This document shows positions 36,525 through 53,852 of a stretch of 64,000 nt of DNA, piece after piece. Under the pieces are notes generated by a model. That model saw only the letters and a list, made by a program, of their open reading frames with translations. It searched no databases and had not been told where the DNA came from. The DNA is taken from assembly GCF_009914755.1 (NCBI RefSeq), contig NC_060940.1. One strand, written 5' to 3'. Origin of the DNA: the human T2T-CHM13v2.0 reference genome, Homo sapiens. The translations under genes were made by a program, and so were the position numbers. How positions within the stretch are numbered: position 1 is the first letter of the stretch; each line of letters opens with the position of its first letter.

Positions 36525-37199
36525 CCTTTCTCCCTTTTTAACTTTTTTGAGACAGCATCTTATACCATCACCCAGGCTGGAGTGCATTGCGCAATCTTGG
36601 CTCCCTGTGACCTCTGCCTCCTGGGTTCAGGTGATTCTCCTGCCTCAGCCGCTGGAGTAGCTGGGATTACACATGTGTACCATGATGCCTGATTAATTTT
36701 TGTATTTTCAGTAGAGATGGGGTTTCACCATGTTGGCCAGGCTGGTCTCGAACTCCTGACCTCAGGTGATCTGCCTCCCAACGTGCTGGGATTACAGGCG
36801 AGAGCCACCATACCCAGTCATTTTTATTTTTCTTTTAAAGAAAACACTGTCCTGAATACCACATGGGTAGAGTGCGTATTGGCTTATTTCCTTAGATGAT
36901 GTTCTCAGGAGTGGAATGAATAACATCTGAAAAGGCTTCACTCTAGCCATTGTCTTATTTTCTAAAAGTGAGCTGGCCCAGCTCACCGTTCTAGCAGGGT
37001 CTAAGGTTACTTACTGCTGTGGTTATTATTCAGAGTGGACGATGGTGCATGTTAATGTCAGGCACAGCAGGGCGCGGTGGCTCACGACTGTAATCCTAGC
37101 ACTTTGGGAGGCCGAGGTGGGCGGATCACGAGGTCAGGAGTTGGAGACCAGCATGACCAACATGGTGAAACCCCATCTCTACTAAAAATACAAAAATTA

Positions 37200-37340
<141 letters not shown>

Positions 37341-40263
37341 TTAAAAAAAAAAAAAAAAAGTCAGGCTTTTCTAGGGTTCCTCCATCAGCCTTGTAAGGCT
37401 GGAGACCCGTGGCCAGGAAGAAAATTGGAGCTGTCTGGCACTGGGAAGGGTAACCCAGTAGTTATAATTAAGTTGGCTTATCTGCGAGCCCTTTGATAAG
37501 GCTTCACTAATTTACTAACCCAGGATCGCATGTTAGATCAGGATCTCTCTGAGTGCTGCAATTGTAGTTTGCTTTTCTCTCTCTCTTTTTTTTTTTTTTT
37601 TTTAGAGACAGAGACTCACTCTGTTGCCCAGGCTGGAGTGCAGTGGTATGATCATGGCTCACTGCAGCCTTGAACTCCTGGCCTCAAGCGATCTTCCTGC
37701 CTTACCCTCCCGAGTGTCTTGGATTATAGATGCTTGTCAACATGCCCAGCTAATTTTTAATTTTTTTTAGAGATGAGGTCTTGCCCTGTCACCCAGGCTG
37801 GAGTGCAGTGGCATGAACATAGCTCACTGCAGCCTTAAACTTCTGGCCTCAAGCAGTTCTCCTGCCTCAGCCTTCCAAAGTGCTGGGATTACAGGTGGGC
37901 ACCACTGTGCCTGGCCTGCAGTGGTTTAATAGGGCTCTTTCATCTTTAACTTTGGTCCCTTGCCCCCTGAGATCCGTGGAGTGAGCCGTTTGATGCTTGG
38001 TACTTGGGACAAAGCTGGCCTATGTCCAGTTCTCTGCATACTTGGTAGGGGAGTGTTTGGAGAAAAGGCTCACCTCTGAGTCACACCCTCTATATTCTCC
38101 AAAGGGCCATGGGGATGGGGTGGAGGAGGCTGGGGTGAAGAGATGTTGTAGCTCCAGAGAAAGCCAGGGAGGTGTATGCTGGGTGAAGAGGCCAAGTTCA
38201 GGAGCCTAGGTTTGAAAATCAGTATAGACGATTCAGGTTAATTCACCCTGTTGTTATAGAGCATCTGTCTGTAGGGTGGCCAGGTCTGGGTGAGTCTCTT
38301 GGACAAGATGGGTATCAGGTTTCAGCTCTGAAATTGGACTGATATGTGGGGAGATTCATTCTGCAGTTTTATTTGTAGTTTAGGTTTAAGAAAACTTGGA
38401 CTGGGCACTGTTGCTGTCGTCTGATCCCAGCACTTTGTGATGCTGAAGTGGGAGGATCACTTGAGCCCAGGAGTTTGAGACCAGCCTGGGCAACAGAAAG
38501 ACCCCATCTCTACAAAATAATAATAATAATAATAATTATTATTATTATTAGCTGGGCATGATGGCACATGCCTGTAGTCCCAGCTACTCAGGAGGCTGAG
38601 GCGGGAGGATTGCTTGGTCCTGGGAGGTTGAGCTGCAGTGAGCTATGATTGCACCACTGCACTCCAGCCTGGACAACAGCATGGCACTGTCTCCAAAAAA
38701 AAAAAAACAACAAAAAAAAAACTTGTTTAACTACCTAAATCATAGCATTTGTGTGAAGCCAGACTATCACAACTCTGAGAACTGCTGACATATACATATT
38801 TTGGAAGTTCCAGGTTTTCTGTTACTATAAACATGGTAGAGATTGAATTACTTAAAGGGACGTCTTTTCTCCTACTCTTTGTCTTGTCTGATGTTATAAG
38901 GGGTACAGTATAGAATGAAAACAGTGCAGAAATGAGTGAAACATGAAAATCCCTTCTAGAGATAATTTTCTTTTATTATTTTTTTGAGACGGAGTCTTGC
39001 TCCATTGCCCAGTCTGGAGTACAGTGATCTCGGCTCACGGCAACCTCCACCTCCCAAGTTCAAGTGATTCTCCTGCCTCAGCCTCCCGAGTAGCTGGGGT
39101 TATAGGTGTGTACCATGCACCACCATGCCCGGCTAATTTTTGTATTTTTAGTAGAGACAGGGTTTGCTGTGTTAGCCAGGCTGGTCTCGAATTCCTGACC
39201 TCAGGTGATCCGCCTACCTCGGCCTCCCAAAGTCCTGGGATTACCGGGGCGAGCCACCATGGCCAGCCTCTTCTAGAGACAATCTTATTGGCAGGTTGAT
39301 GTTTTTAATTTTCAGCCTCTCTTCTCCACAGATCCTAAAGATATAGTAATTTTTTTTTTTGAGACAGAGTCTTGCTCTATTACCCAGGCTGGAGTGCAGG
39401 TGGCGTGATCTCTGCTCACTGCAGCCTTCACCTGCCGAGTAGCTAGGACTGCAGGCATGCACCACTATGTCTAGCTAATTTTTGTATTTTTAGTAGAGAT
39501 GGGGTTTTACCATTTTGGCCAGGCTGGTCTCAAACTCATGACCTCAAGTGATCCACCTGCCGCAGCCTCCCAAAGTGCTGGGATTACAGGTCTAAGCCAC
39601 CGTGCCCAGCCATAAATACATGGTATTTTTTAAGAACAAGAACGGGATTCTACAAAAACATATATATGTGTATTTTGAGAAAGGATCTCCTCTGTTGCTC
39701 AGGGTGGAGTGCAGGGGCACGATCATGGCCCACTGCAGCCATGACCTCTCAGGCTCAAGCAATCCTCCCACCTTAGCCTCTGGAGTAGCTGGGACCACAG
39801 GTGCCCACCACCATGCCCAGCTAATATTTTTTCTTTTTTTTTTTTGTATTGAAAACAGTCAGCCAGGTGTGGTGGCTCACACCTGTAATCTCAGTACGTT
39901 GAGAGGCCGAGGTGGGCAGATCACTTGAGGTCAGTAGTTCAAGGCCAGGCTGTCCAACATGGTGAAACTCCATCTCTACTAAAAATACAAAAATTAACTG
40001 TGGTGGCGCTTGCCTATAATCCCAGCTACTGGGAAGGGGGAGGCATAAGGATCACTTGAACCTGGGAGGAGGAGGTTGTAGAGAGCCAAGATGATGGCAC
40101 TGCACTCCAGCCTGGGCAACAGAGCAAGACTCTGTCTCAGAAAAACAAAACAAAACATATAGTCTTTATTTTTTTGTTTGCGTGGGCTGGTGCATCTTGA
40201 TTATGATGCATTTTTGTTAATTGATATTTAATTGCAGATGAAATGTAACATGGATCTGAGTAA

Positions 40264-40533
<270 letters not shown>

Positions 40534-41937
40534 TGACCTCAGGTGATCCCCCTGCCTCTGCCTCCCAAAGTGCTGAGATTACAGGCTTGAGCCACTGCTC
40601 CCAGCCCATAGTCTTTTTTTTTTTTAAACCTCTGTGTACAGGTAGGTCCTGGGGAAATTCGAGGCAAGACTTGGGTGAGTGGGTATCTTAGACCCTCTCA
40701 GGAGCTCTTTGCAGGAGGTAGAATCTCCGAGGGTCAGTGCCCATGAATGGGTCCCATGGCCTGACTGGTCCCATTCAGGTGACAGTCTCTGAGGGTCCTC
40801 CATAGCCCTTACCTGGGCTCCATGCTGGGAATCGAGCGGTATACAGAGCATGGTTCCCTGCCTTCCTTGAGCCCCAGTCTTGTTGGGGAAATGGCCAAAT
40901 AAATGAATAATCATCAGGAAGTGCTATGAAGGGGAGCTGCGTGGTGCCCGGTGAGTGCAATAGCGGGGTTTCATCTGGTTGGAGAGAAAAAAGGAGACTC
41001 CTTAAGTGGGGAACCCGTTTGATGATACAGGTTTGGCTATGTGTGTCAAAGACCCCAAATATAGTGGGTTAAGATACAAGCTCATTTCTCTCTCATGTAA
41101 AAATCCCAGCTGGTGTGGCAGCTCTGTCCCCAAAATAATCAGGGTCCCAGGCCCCTCCCATCTTGTTGCTCTGCTGTCCTCATCTGCATGGATCAAGATG
41201 ATGCATCTCCATGTCCACATGGCAGCCAGTAGGAAAGCAGAGTAAGGGCACAACCTGGAGGTTGCCTACGTCTCTCCTCGTCACATCCCATTGGCTTGTA
41301 CCTAGTCATGTGGTGCCTCTAGCTGCAAAGGAGGCTGGGAAATGTAGTTTCCTTTCTAAGCAGGATGTACCCAGCTGAAGATGTTACTCAGGGATGAGGG
41401 AGAGTTGATACTGGAGCGCAGCTAGCAGTTTCTGCTGTATAGGCAAAAGCAGAAGGTAAGAATGTTCTGGGCAGTGGGAAATGCATGTGCAGAAGCACTG
41501 GCTTAATGAGGAAGGCCACTGTGGCTGGAGTCAAAGAGTAGGGAAGAGAAAAAGAACCAGAAGGAGGCTGAGAATTGGGCCTGTAGGACTTGGATCCTGT
41601 GGGAAGCCTTGGCAGCTTTCTTTCCCCCCTCCTTGCTTAGGCATTAGCTCTAAGACAGGGATATTTACAACACAATTATTTCTTTAAAATTATATATATA
41701 TTTTAATTTGTACAGATGAGGTCTCCCTGTGTTGTCCAGGTTGGTTTCAAACCCCTGAGCTCAAGCCATCTTCTTGCCTCGGCCTCCGAAAGTGTTGGGA
41801 TTACAGGTGTGAGCCATTATACCTGGCCTTCAACTCAGTCCCTAAAGACAACTCCTTCTCAAGTGTTGGAAAGAACCAATGACTAATCACTTCTAGTCTG
41901 CCTTATCCCCATCTTGCTTGTGTGACTTTGGTAAGAG

Positions 41938-42919
41938 TTTGTTTGTTTATTTAAAGGAGCAGAGAGTTTAATAGGCAAGAAGGGGCAAGAAAGAAGGGAG
42001 AATAAGATCCCCTGTATAGAGACGGAGGAGGGCTCCAAAGCTGAGAGAGGGAACCCCAGCTGCCACAGATAGCAGCTAGGTATATGTACAGAGGCTGGAA
42101 GAGGCAGTGTCTGATTTGCATAGGCCTCAGGGGATTGGTTTGACTAGGCATGTCTTTCACGTAGCGCATGAAAAAGCTGGCCCTCCCACCTAGCCTTTTA
42201 ATATGCAAATGCAGGGTACCATGATCTGCACACTTGGGGAGGTGTGGTGGCGGCCATGTTGCTAGGAACATGTGGGGAAAGGGCAAGAAGGCTGTGGGAA
42301 TCGCCATGTTTGGGTGGACCCAGTTTCTAATGGCTTGCATTTGCATATCAAAGGTTGCTGGCCTGGCTCTAAGAGCCGGGGCTTTACAAGAAACTTTTCC
42401 GGAGTTGCTTTAAAAACCAAACATTTCCCAAGGACCCCTTTTCCTCTCTATTTGCCTAAAATAATTGCTTAACTCCTGCATTACCCCCTGTGGAGATGCC
42501 ACATTAACTGCTGTTAGGGGGTTTTGGGCGACGACTTCTTCTGGCTACTTCCTGGTGAAAAGGGGCGTTGAATGGGGAACAGCAGCTAGGGCTCCTCCTG
42601 GGGTGGATCTAAGGGTCCTCGGAAGAATGGCGTGTCCATGTGTGCTTCAGGTTACAGCACCATTTTGAGTTTGATTGCTTCAGTCTGATGAAATAATTTC
42701 CTTTCCTGGCCAACACACCAAAATGATACGGCTCCGATGAGTGGGGGAACACCAGGGTTCTTGGTCCTCATGCCGGTTTAGATAAAATGACACAGACACA
42801 CGTGGAGTGGTTTTAAGGAGTGGAGAGTTTAATAGGCAAGAAGGAAGGGAGAAGGAAGAAGGTCCCCTGTACAGAGACAGAGGGTGGGGGGCTCCAAAGC
42901 TGAGAGACGGAACCTCCAG
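41938..42919 (-). mobile_element. ERV1 LTR9-like (HUERS-P3 group) element with mRNA-type structure: R-U5, PBS, env tail, PPT, U3-R, A-rich tail
   Basis: LTR start TGCAGGAGTTAAGCAATTATTTTAGGCAAATAGAGAGGAAAAGGGGTCC at 42480; PPT ACAGGGGGTAA; PBS TGGTGTGTTGGCCAGGAA at 42703-42720; env-like EAIKLKMVL*PEAHMDTPFFRGPLD; ~105-bp R repeated at both ends. Confidence 0.8.
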
Positions 42920-43679
42920 GAGTTGATTTTATAAATAAAATAACATGCGTTGAGGTCACTCTGTGTTGTGTGGTATGCCCAGCCCTCTCTGCACATAACT
43001 TGTTTCAGGCCCACAGTCATGCTGGGTGGTTGCTGTAATGACTTTTTATTTTAAATGGGGAATCTGTGACACAGTTAAACATGCGCAGGATCATGTCACT
43101 AGCAAGGAGTGGACACAGTATTCAAACCCAGCAGGTTGACTCAAAGCCTGCCCTTTCCCCAGCTGTTTTGCCCCTCAGTCATTTGAGTCTAGTCTTCAGG
43201 ATTTTGACATCTATCTCTTACCTTGTATCTGTTAGGATTGCATCTGGCTTCAAGAAACAGCCCTACTTCAGCAGCCTAAGCAGAAAGGTATTCATTTGTT
43301 TATTTTTTACATGTCAGGAATTCCAGTACCTCTTGGAGTTGCTGGCATTGGATTAGTGATGCAGGGTTGTTAGGACTGACATCTCTGCTGTTTTCTTGTC
43401 TTTTCCTCAAGGCCCCTAAATGGCTGCTACAGCCCTAGGCAATATATCTGGGTTCAAGGTAGGAAGAGGGAGGGATTGCACCAGCCTCATGGGTTCCTTT
43501 CTATTCAGGAAAGTCCAAGCCTTCTTCAAAGGCTCTTCTGTCCACATTGCAGACTTCTGGTCATGTCTCCTTGGCTGAAACTGGATTACATGACCACCTC
43601 TAGCTGCAAGGGAGGCAGGAAAAATGAGCATTTGGTTTTATGCTTCTCTAGGAGGAAACAGCAAGGGAGAAACTTTTGA

Positions 43680-44102
<423 letters not shown>

Positions 44103-44214
44103 TAGAATGTCTTTGAAGTCACAGGTTGGTTATATTTATGTGCTTACTTTAATAGCTATTAAAGTAAATATAGCACTACTAAGAAAAAAAGATATTCTTT
44201 AAATCGCCTATTAT

Positions 44215-44429
44215 CAGTGGTTCTTAACTCTGGATGATTTTGTCTCCAGGGGACATTTGGCAATGTCTGGAAACATTTTTGGCTGTCACGATGGGGCAGG
44301 GAGCGCACGCCTAGAGTCTAGTGGGTAGAGGCCAGGGGGTGTGCTAAATATCCTACAATACAGGATGGGCTCCATAATGAAAAATCCTCTGGTCCCAAAT
44401 GTCAGTAGTACTGCAGTTGAGAAACCCTG
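44215..44429 (+). mobile_element. MER20, full length
   Basis: cagtggttcttaac...ggggacatttggcaatgtctggaaacatttttggctgtcac...gttgagaaaccctg. Confidence 0.88.
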
Positions 44430-44624
44430 GCATGGACGCAATCCACCTGCTGCCAGGAGTTATATACAAGCCATGTTAGGGTAATGCTGCAATATGTCCA
44501 TCGTGATTGTGTTTTCTCCTGGGTGACTATCAGCAATGGTGTAGCCTGCTTGTTGGTTTTCAAGGTCCATTCTCAAGATACTATCAGATCTCCAGCAATC
44601 GTGTGATGCAGTTTAAAATGTTCA

Positions 44625-44753
<129 letters not shown>

Positions 44754-47054
44754 TTAAAAAAAAAAAAAAATTAGCCTGGTATGATGGTGCATGGCCATGG
44801 TCACAGCTACTCAGGAGGCAGAGGTGGGATGATCACCTGGGCCTGGGAGGTTGAGGCTGCGGTGAGCCACGATTGCACCACCGTATTCCAGCTTGGGCGA
44901 CAGAGTGAGACCCTGTCTCAAAAAAAAGAATGTGCATATGAATTCAAGATATGTCCCTTATAGAGACTGGTGAGGACACAGCTTATTGACCCTGAAGCTG
45001 AAGTGGTTGAAATGATAGCCCTCTTGCCAGGCAAATCCTATGTGAGTGCTTCTAAAAGAACACTGTACCTTGCAGAGAGTATTCCTGGGACCTGGCAGGA
45101 ATCAGGGCCTCTTGGTGACCACATGCTTTGGAAAGGGCTGTGCTTTGGCAAGTGGGAGATTTTATTATTTATTTTCTCCTGTCTGCCTCGGTTTGGCAAA
45201 AACAAACCTGGCCTGGGCATGGGCCTTGTGGAGACAAGAAGGCAGCTTGAGATTATCAGAGATCAGGCTGCTGGTGGGTTTGCCTGAGCTGGCCTGGTCA
45301 GGTAGCTTGACAATGATGCTCACCCCCCATTAAAGTTAATTGAGCGGTTACAGAGTGGGAGTGGGGAGTGGGGGGTGTGGTGACTGCCTGTCTCCTTGAG
45401 TTGGCGTGGCTAAGAAGTAAGGGAATTTTTTAACTTTTCCTTCTTAATTCTGGAAACTTAGAAAAAAGCCTCTCACCATCCCTTAATCATTCAGTTAGAG
45501 AGACCAGGCTGTTGATATGGACATGCTGCGTTTCATGGAATCCTAGAGGCCAGTATTTATGACATACTTCCCAGTTTCAGAGATGTTAGGATATAAAAAT
45601 GTAGCCAGCAGTGTTTACAGGATGGGCTAATCGAGAGACACAGACAAATATCAAAGATAGCAAAATAGGAAGAAACAGAGTCTTAGAATCAATGCAGTAT
45701 AATAATAGCTTCTAGTTTCTTTCTGTTTTTCTTTTTATGATACAGAGTCTCACTCTGTCGCCCAGGCTGGACTGCGGTGGCATGATCTCGGCTCACTGTA
45801 GCCTCCGTCTCCTGGGTTCAAGTGATCCTCCCATCTCAGCCTCCAAGTCACTGGGATTACAAGTTGTTTGCCACCATGCCCAGCTAATTTTTGTATTTTT
45901 AATAGAGACAGGGTTTCACCATGTTGGCCAGGTTGGTCTTGAATGCCTGACCTCAAGTGATCCCCCCCAGCCTTGGCTTCCCAAAGTACTGGGATGACAG
46001 GTGTGAGCCACCATGCCCAGCCTCCCCCTCACTCTTAAGCACAGCTCTTCGGCAGTCAGAGATGTTGCCTGCTGTATTTCTCGTTCTGCTTTTACACATG
46101 GTTTAAAAATCCTCGCCCAAGAATGTAAGCCCCATGGCTAGTGCTACCTGCTACCTTTAGGGGTGGCCTCTCCTGGGGTGCAGGAGGTTGCACAGTTCGT
46201 TTTGTGACAGCAGGGTCATTTTTTAATCGGATCATCTGCCCCAGTTTGCTTGGCTCTTAGGTGCTTGGGAGTTCTCCTGGTTTTTTGCTGTTGTGAAATG
46301 GCCCAGCTTGTACACGTTGTTCCTTTTCTTGCTGGAGTTATTTCCTTTAGACTCCTGTCCCTAAAGTAGGATTGTTGGGTGAAAATGGGGTATGCGTGGT
46401 TAGGCTTTTCTCTGCCTGCTTTCTGGATTGCTCTTCAGATAGATTTAATCACCTTTTATTTATGTTTTGTGGTGGTTTTTTTTGTTTTTTTTGTTTTTTT
46501 TGTTTTGAGACTGAGTTTTGGTCTTGTTGCGCAGGCTGGAGTGCAATGGTGGGGTCTCGGCTCACAGCAACCTCTGCCTCCTGGGTTCAAACGATTCTCC
46601 TTCCTCAGCTTCCTGAGTAGCTGGGATTACAGGCATGCGCCACCATCTCTGGCTAATTTTGAATTTTTATTACAGACGGGGTTTCTCCATGTTGGTAAAG
46701 CTGGTCTGGAACTCCCAACCTCAGGTGATCTGCCCGCCTCAGCCTCCCAAGGTGCTGGGATTACAGGCGTGAGCCGCCACACCTGGCCACCTTTTATTTG
46801 TTGAATGAGTGTTTAATAAGCATGTCCTATATGCATCAGGAGAATTAAATGGACATGGTCTTGCTTTGGGGGGAAATGACAGGTAGGAGAGAAAGAGACA
46901 CTTAGAACTCAACAGAGGCCAGACGCGGTGGCTTACGCCTGTTATCCCAGCACTTTGGGAGGCTGAGGTGGGCGGATCACCTGAGATCAGGAGTTCGAGA
47001 CCAGCCTGGCCAAAATGGTGAAATCCCGTCTCTACTAAAATATAAAATCAATCA

Positions 47055-47198
<144 letters not shown>

Positions 47199-49677
47199 TC
47201 AAAAAAGAAAAAACTCAACAGAGAAAAGGCGGATCGTTAAGGCTTCTTTGGCACTTCCTAAGTGCCAGGGACTGTTGTTAATGCCTTTGAAGTGCTAATA
47301 ATGACTTAATGGTGACAAGTTCCCTGTGAAGCAGGGACTGTGATTGTTTCTACCTTATGGGTGGGGAAAGGAGGCAGAGAGAGGTGAAGTCACCCAGCTA
47401 GTAAATGACAGGACTAGACTGAAACCCAGGCTGTCTGTCTCCAGGGCCTGGCCGGTACCCCATGCTCCATCTTGCCCCATAAACACCCTGGGGTGGGCCA
47501 GAGAGGAGTCTTTTCCAACAGGCTGTGCCAGATGACTTTGGCTAATCTTGGAGGCTGGAGGATTAGTCAGTCTACTAAGGGGGCTTCAGCATTTTGGCAC
47601 GTGGCTTTATGAGCTGTTTACTCCAACAGTGATGATGACAATAGCCATAGTAGTGATAATACTATGGTAGAAGTAACTGCAGCAAACTCAACCCCTAACG
47701 AGTATTCTATCTTCCCAACATTGTGTGCAATAGCCATGAGAGATGGGTGTTATTCTTTTAATTTGACACACGGGAACTGAAAGCCAGAGAGATTGGGTGG
47801 CTTCCCCCAGGCCACACAGCCTGGAAGTAGTAGGACAGGGACTGGAGCCCAGATCTGCTGCCCCAGAGCCTGTGCCCTTGACCACCAAGTCATGGTCACT
47901 CCTTTCAACCCTGCCTGCCCCTGGGCCATCTGTGTTGTGATGCCGGCTGGCCAGGATGGGGAGTGAGGATTTCAGTTTGTCATAGGGCAGGGAGATGGGT
48001 GAGGCAGGACACTCCTTGAGATGGAAGGCTCTGGGGTCGGGGGAGAGGGAGTGGTGGAGACTGGGGTGTCTCCGAAGGAGTGTTTGAAGATGACGATGGT
48101 TTTTCCAGTTTCCTGTTCTTAGCTATATTCAAGAAAAGGGTAAGCCAGAAAATTTCCCTCTGAGTTTCACAACTTCTGGGAGCTTTTGCAAAGTCTGGGT
48201 GATGCAGCATTTTCCTGGTTTGAATCCTAAGTGAAGTTTCATTTTCCTTCACTTAACTCATTCTGGCTCTGGCCTGTCTTCCCAGCTGTATTGGCCATCT
48301 GGTCCTCTTCTGGCTCTTTGTCCCATTTATTATTATTTATTTTTATTTTTAACAGAGATGGGGTCTCACTGTGTTGCCGTCTGTTCTGGAACTCCTGGAC
48401 CCAAGTGATCCTCCTGCCTCGGTCTCCCAAAATACTGGGATTATAGGCATGAGCCTCTGTGGCCAGCTTATACCCCCTAAGCTTGTGACTATCTTCTATG
48501 TGTGTCCCTCTTGGAGTGAGGTTCCCTCCTGTCTCCATGTTGGCAAATCTTAGCACCTTGGCCCTTCGAGATGGAGGTCTGTGTTGCCTAGGCTGGTCCT
48601 GAACTCCTGGTCTCAAGTGATCCTCCCATCTTGGCCTTCCAGAGTGCTGGGATTACAGGTGTGAGCCACTGTGTCCAGCCAACCCTTCTTAGATTTTACT
48701 TACTTCAAGAAGCCTGCTTTGACCTCTCAAGTGGAAATAACAACTTCCAGGAATAGAGTGATCACTGGGCATCCATCTGTTGTCACATGAATGATTTTAT
48801 CCATATTAAGGAGGCATTACATGCAGCAGTGAGCTAACCTGCCTGTGTTGAAGTTTTCTTCTTTTTACAGGCTGTACAACCTTGGGCAAGTTGCTTTACT
48901 TCTCTGTGCCTTAGTCTCTTCCTCAGCAAAATGGAAAAAATACTACCCATTTCAAATGGGGTGAAAATGAAATAATATATAAGTCTCGTCTTCACAATGT
49001 CTCTGATGAAAAGCAGGTATTGGTTGCACATGGTGCTCATGCCTGTAATCCCAGCACTTTGGGAGGCCGAGCAGGGAGGATTGCTTGAGGCCAGGAGCTT
49101 GAGACCAGCCTGGGGAACATGGCCAGACCACATCTCTTAAAAAAAATTTAGCTAGGTTTGGTGGCATGCACTTGTGGTTCTAACTAGTTTGGAGCAGGTG
49201 AGGTGGGAGGATCTCCTGAGCTCAGGAGGTTGAGGCTGCAGTGAGCTGTGATTGCACACGACTGCTTTCCAGCCTGGGCAACAGAGTGAAACCCCATCTC
49301 AAACAAACAAACAAACAAACAAACAAATAAACAAAAAACAGGTATTGTCCTTGCTGTATGAATGAGGAAAGTGAGTTTTCCTTTTTGCTTTGTGAAACTC
49401 TTTTCTGGATATTTCTTGCCTTTTATGTGTATCTCTTTGGTGGTACTCTGTGCTTTTAAAATCTTTTGTAATGGCCATTTATGGACAAATCGTATCTTAT
49501 ATTCAAGATTCTAAGCTTTCTGAGGGCAGGATATAAATGTGGTTGTTTCTGGTTCAAGTCCTGATACAAGCAAAGCTCAGTAATTTTTTTAAATGAATGG
49601 GTGGGCCGGTGGTTGGGTCTTCAGAGTCACTAAATACTGGTGGCAGGAGTGGGACCACATAGAAAAAAATATTAAGG

Positions 49678-49877
49678 CAGTGGATCTCAATGGGGAGTGA
49701 TCTGCCTCTCAGAGGACGTTCATTGATGTCTAGAGACATTTTTGTTGTCACAGTTTGGGATGGGGGTGCAGTTGGTGTCTGTTGGGTTAGGATCAGGAAT
49801 GCTATAAACATCCTGTGATACACGGGACAGACGTATCCAGCCTAAAACGTCAGTAGTGTTGAGGGTGAGAAACCCTG
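49678..49877 (+). mobile_element. MER20
   Basis: cagtggatctcaa...atgtctagagacatttttgttgtcaca...gagaaaccctg. Confidence 0.82.
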
Positions 49878-50144
49878 GGCTTATTAAGGCAACAAGCAAC
49901 ATATTAATAGCAACAGGAGAAAACATGCATTTAAATTTTTTTTGGCCAGGCGTGGTGGCTCACACCCGTAGTCCCAGCACTTCGGGGGGCCCAGGTGGGC
50001 GGATCATGAGGTCAAGACATCGAGACCATCCTGGTGAACATGGTGAAACCCCATCTCTACTAAAAATACAAAAATTAGTTGGGTGTGGTGGTGTGTGCCT
50101 GTAGTCCCAGCTACTTGGGAGGCTGAGGCAGGAAAATCACTTTA

Positions 50145-50333
<189 letters not shown>

Positions 50334-51048
50334 TTATTAATTCTTTTGAGGAGGGTGTTAGGTGCTAAAGGCAGCACGTGTAAGGTGAAAATTGCGTATA
50401 GCCAAAATGACCCTGGGGCTTATTCTCTCTCTCTCTCTCTTTTTTAATAAACAGCTTTGTTGAGATATAATTCACATACCATATGATGCACCTATAAAGT
50501 GTGCAACTCAGTTTAGTACATTCAGAATTGTGCATGTCTCCTGTCTCCAGGTAGGCAAATCTTAGCACCTCGGCCCTTCTTAGATTTTATTTTTTAGAGA
50601 TGGGGGTCTCACTATGTTGCCCAGGCTGGTCTTGAACTTCTTGGCCTTCCTCCCATCTTGGCCTTCCAGAGTGACTATATTCAATATTCAAAGTGACTGT
50701 AGTCAACATTAGATATTTTTATCACCCTACTTACTTGTTTTTATTTAAGACCTGGTGTGGTGTGTGCCTGGCCTTGTGATCACAAATGCTAGTTACACTG
50801 AATTGACATTTTGCTGAGACTCGTTCTGAGGTCCATTCATAGATGCCCTAGGTACTTCCTGATTACTTGCCACACCCCAGGAATTCTGCACAGTGAGTGG
50901 GGAGTGACATTTTGAGGGACAGCATCAGTACATTCACTGCGCTAAAGAAACAGTCTGGGGAGAGTGAGACATCGAAAAAATAACATATAAAATAAACATC
51001 TGATGGAGACATAGGAAGATGCCAACCTTCAACAATGTTTGACTTGGA

Positions 51049-53852
<2,804 letters not shown>

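Noticed and set aside
45357-45380. Possible G-quadruplex gggagtggggagtggggggtgtgg
   Set aside because: Only three clean tracts of three or more G; weak candidate.
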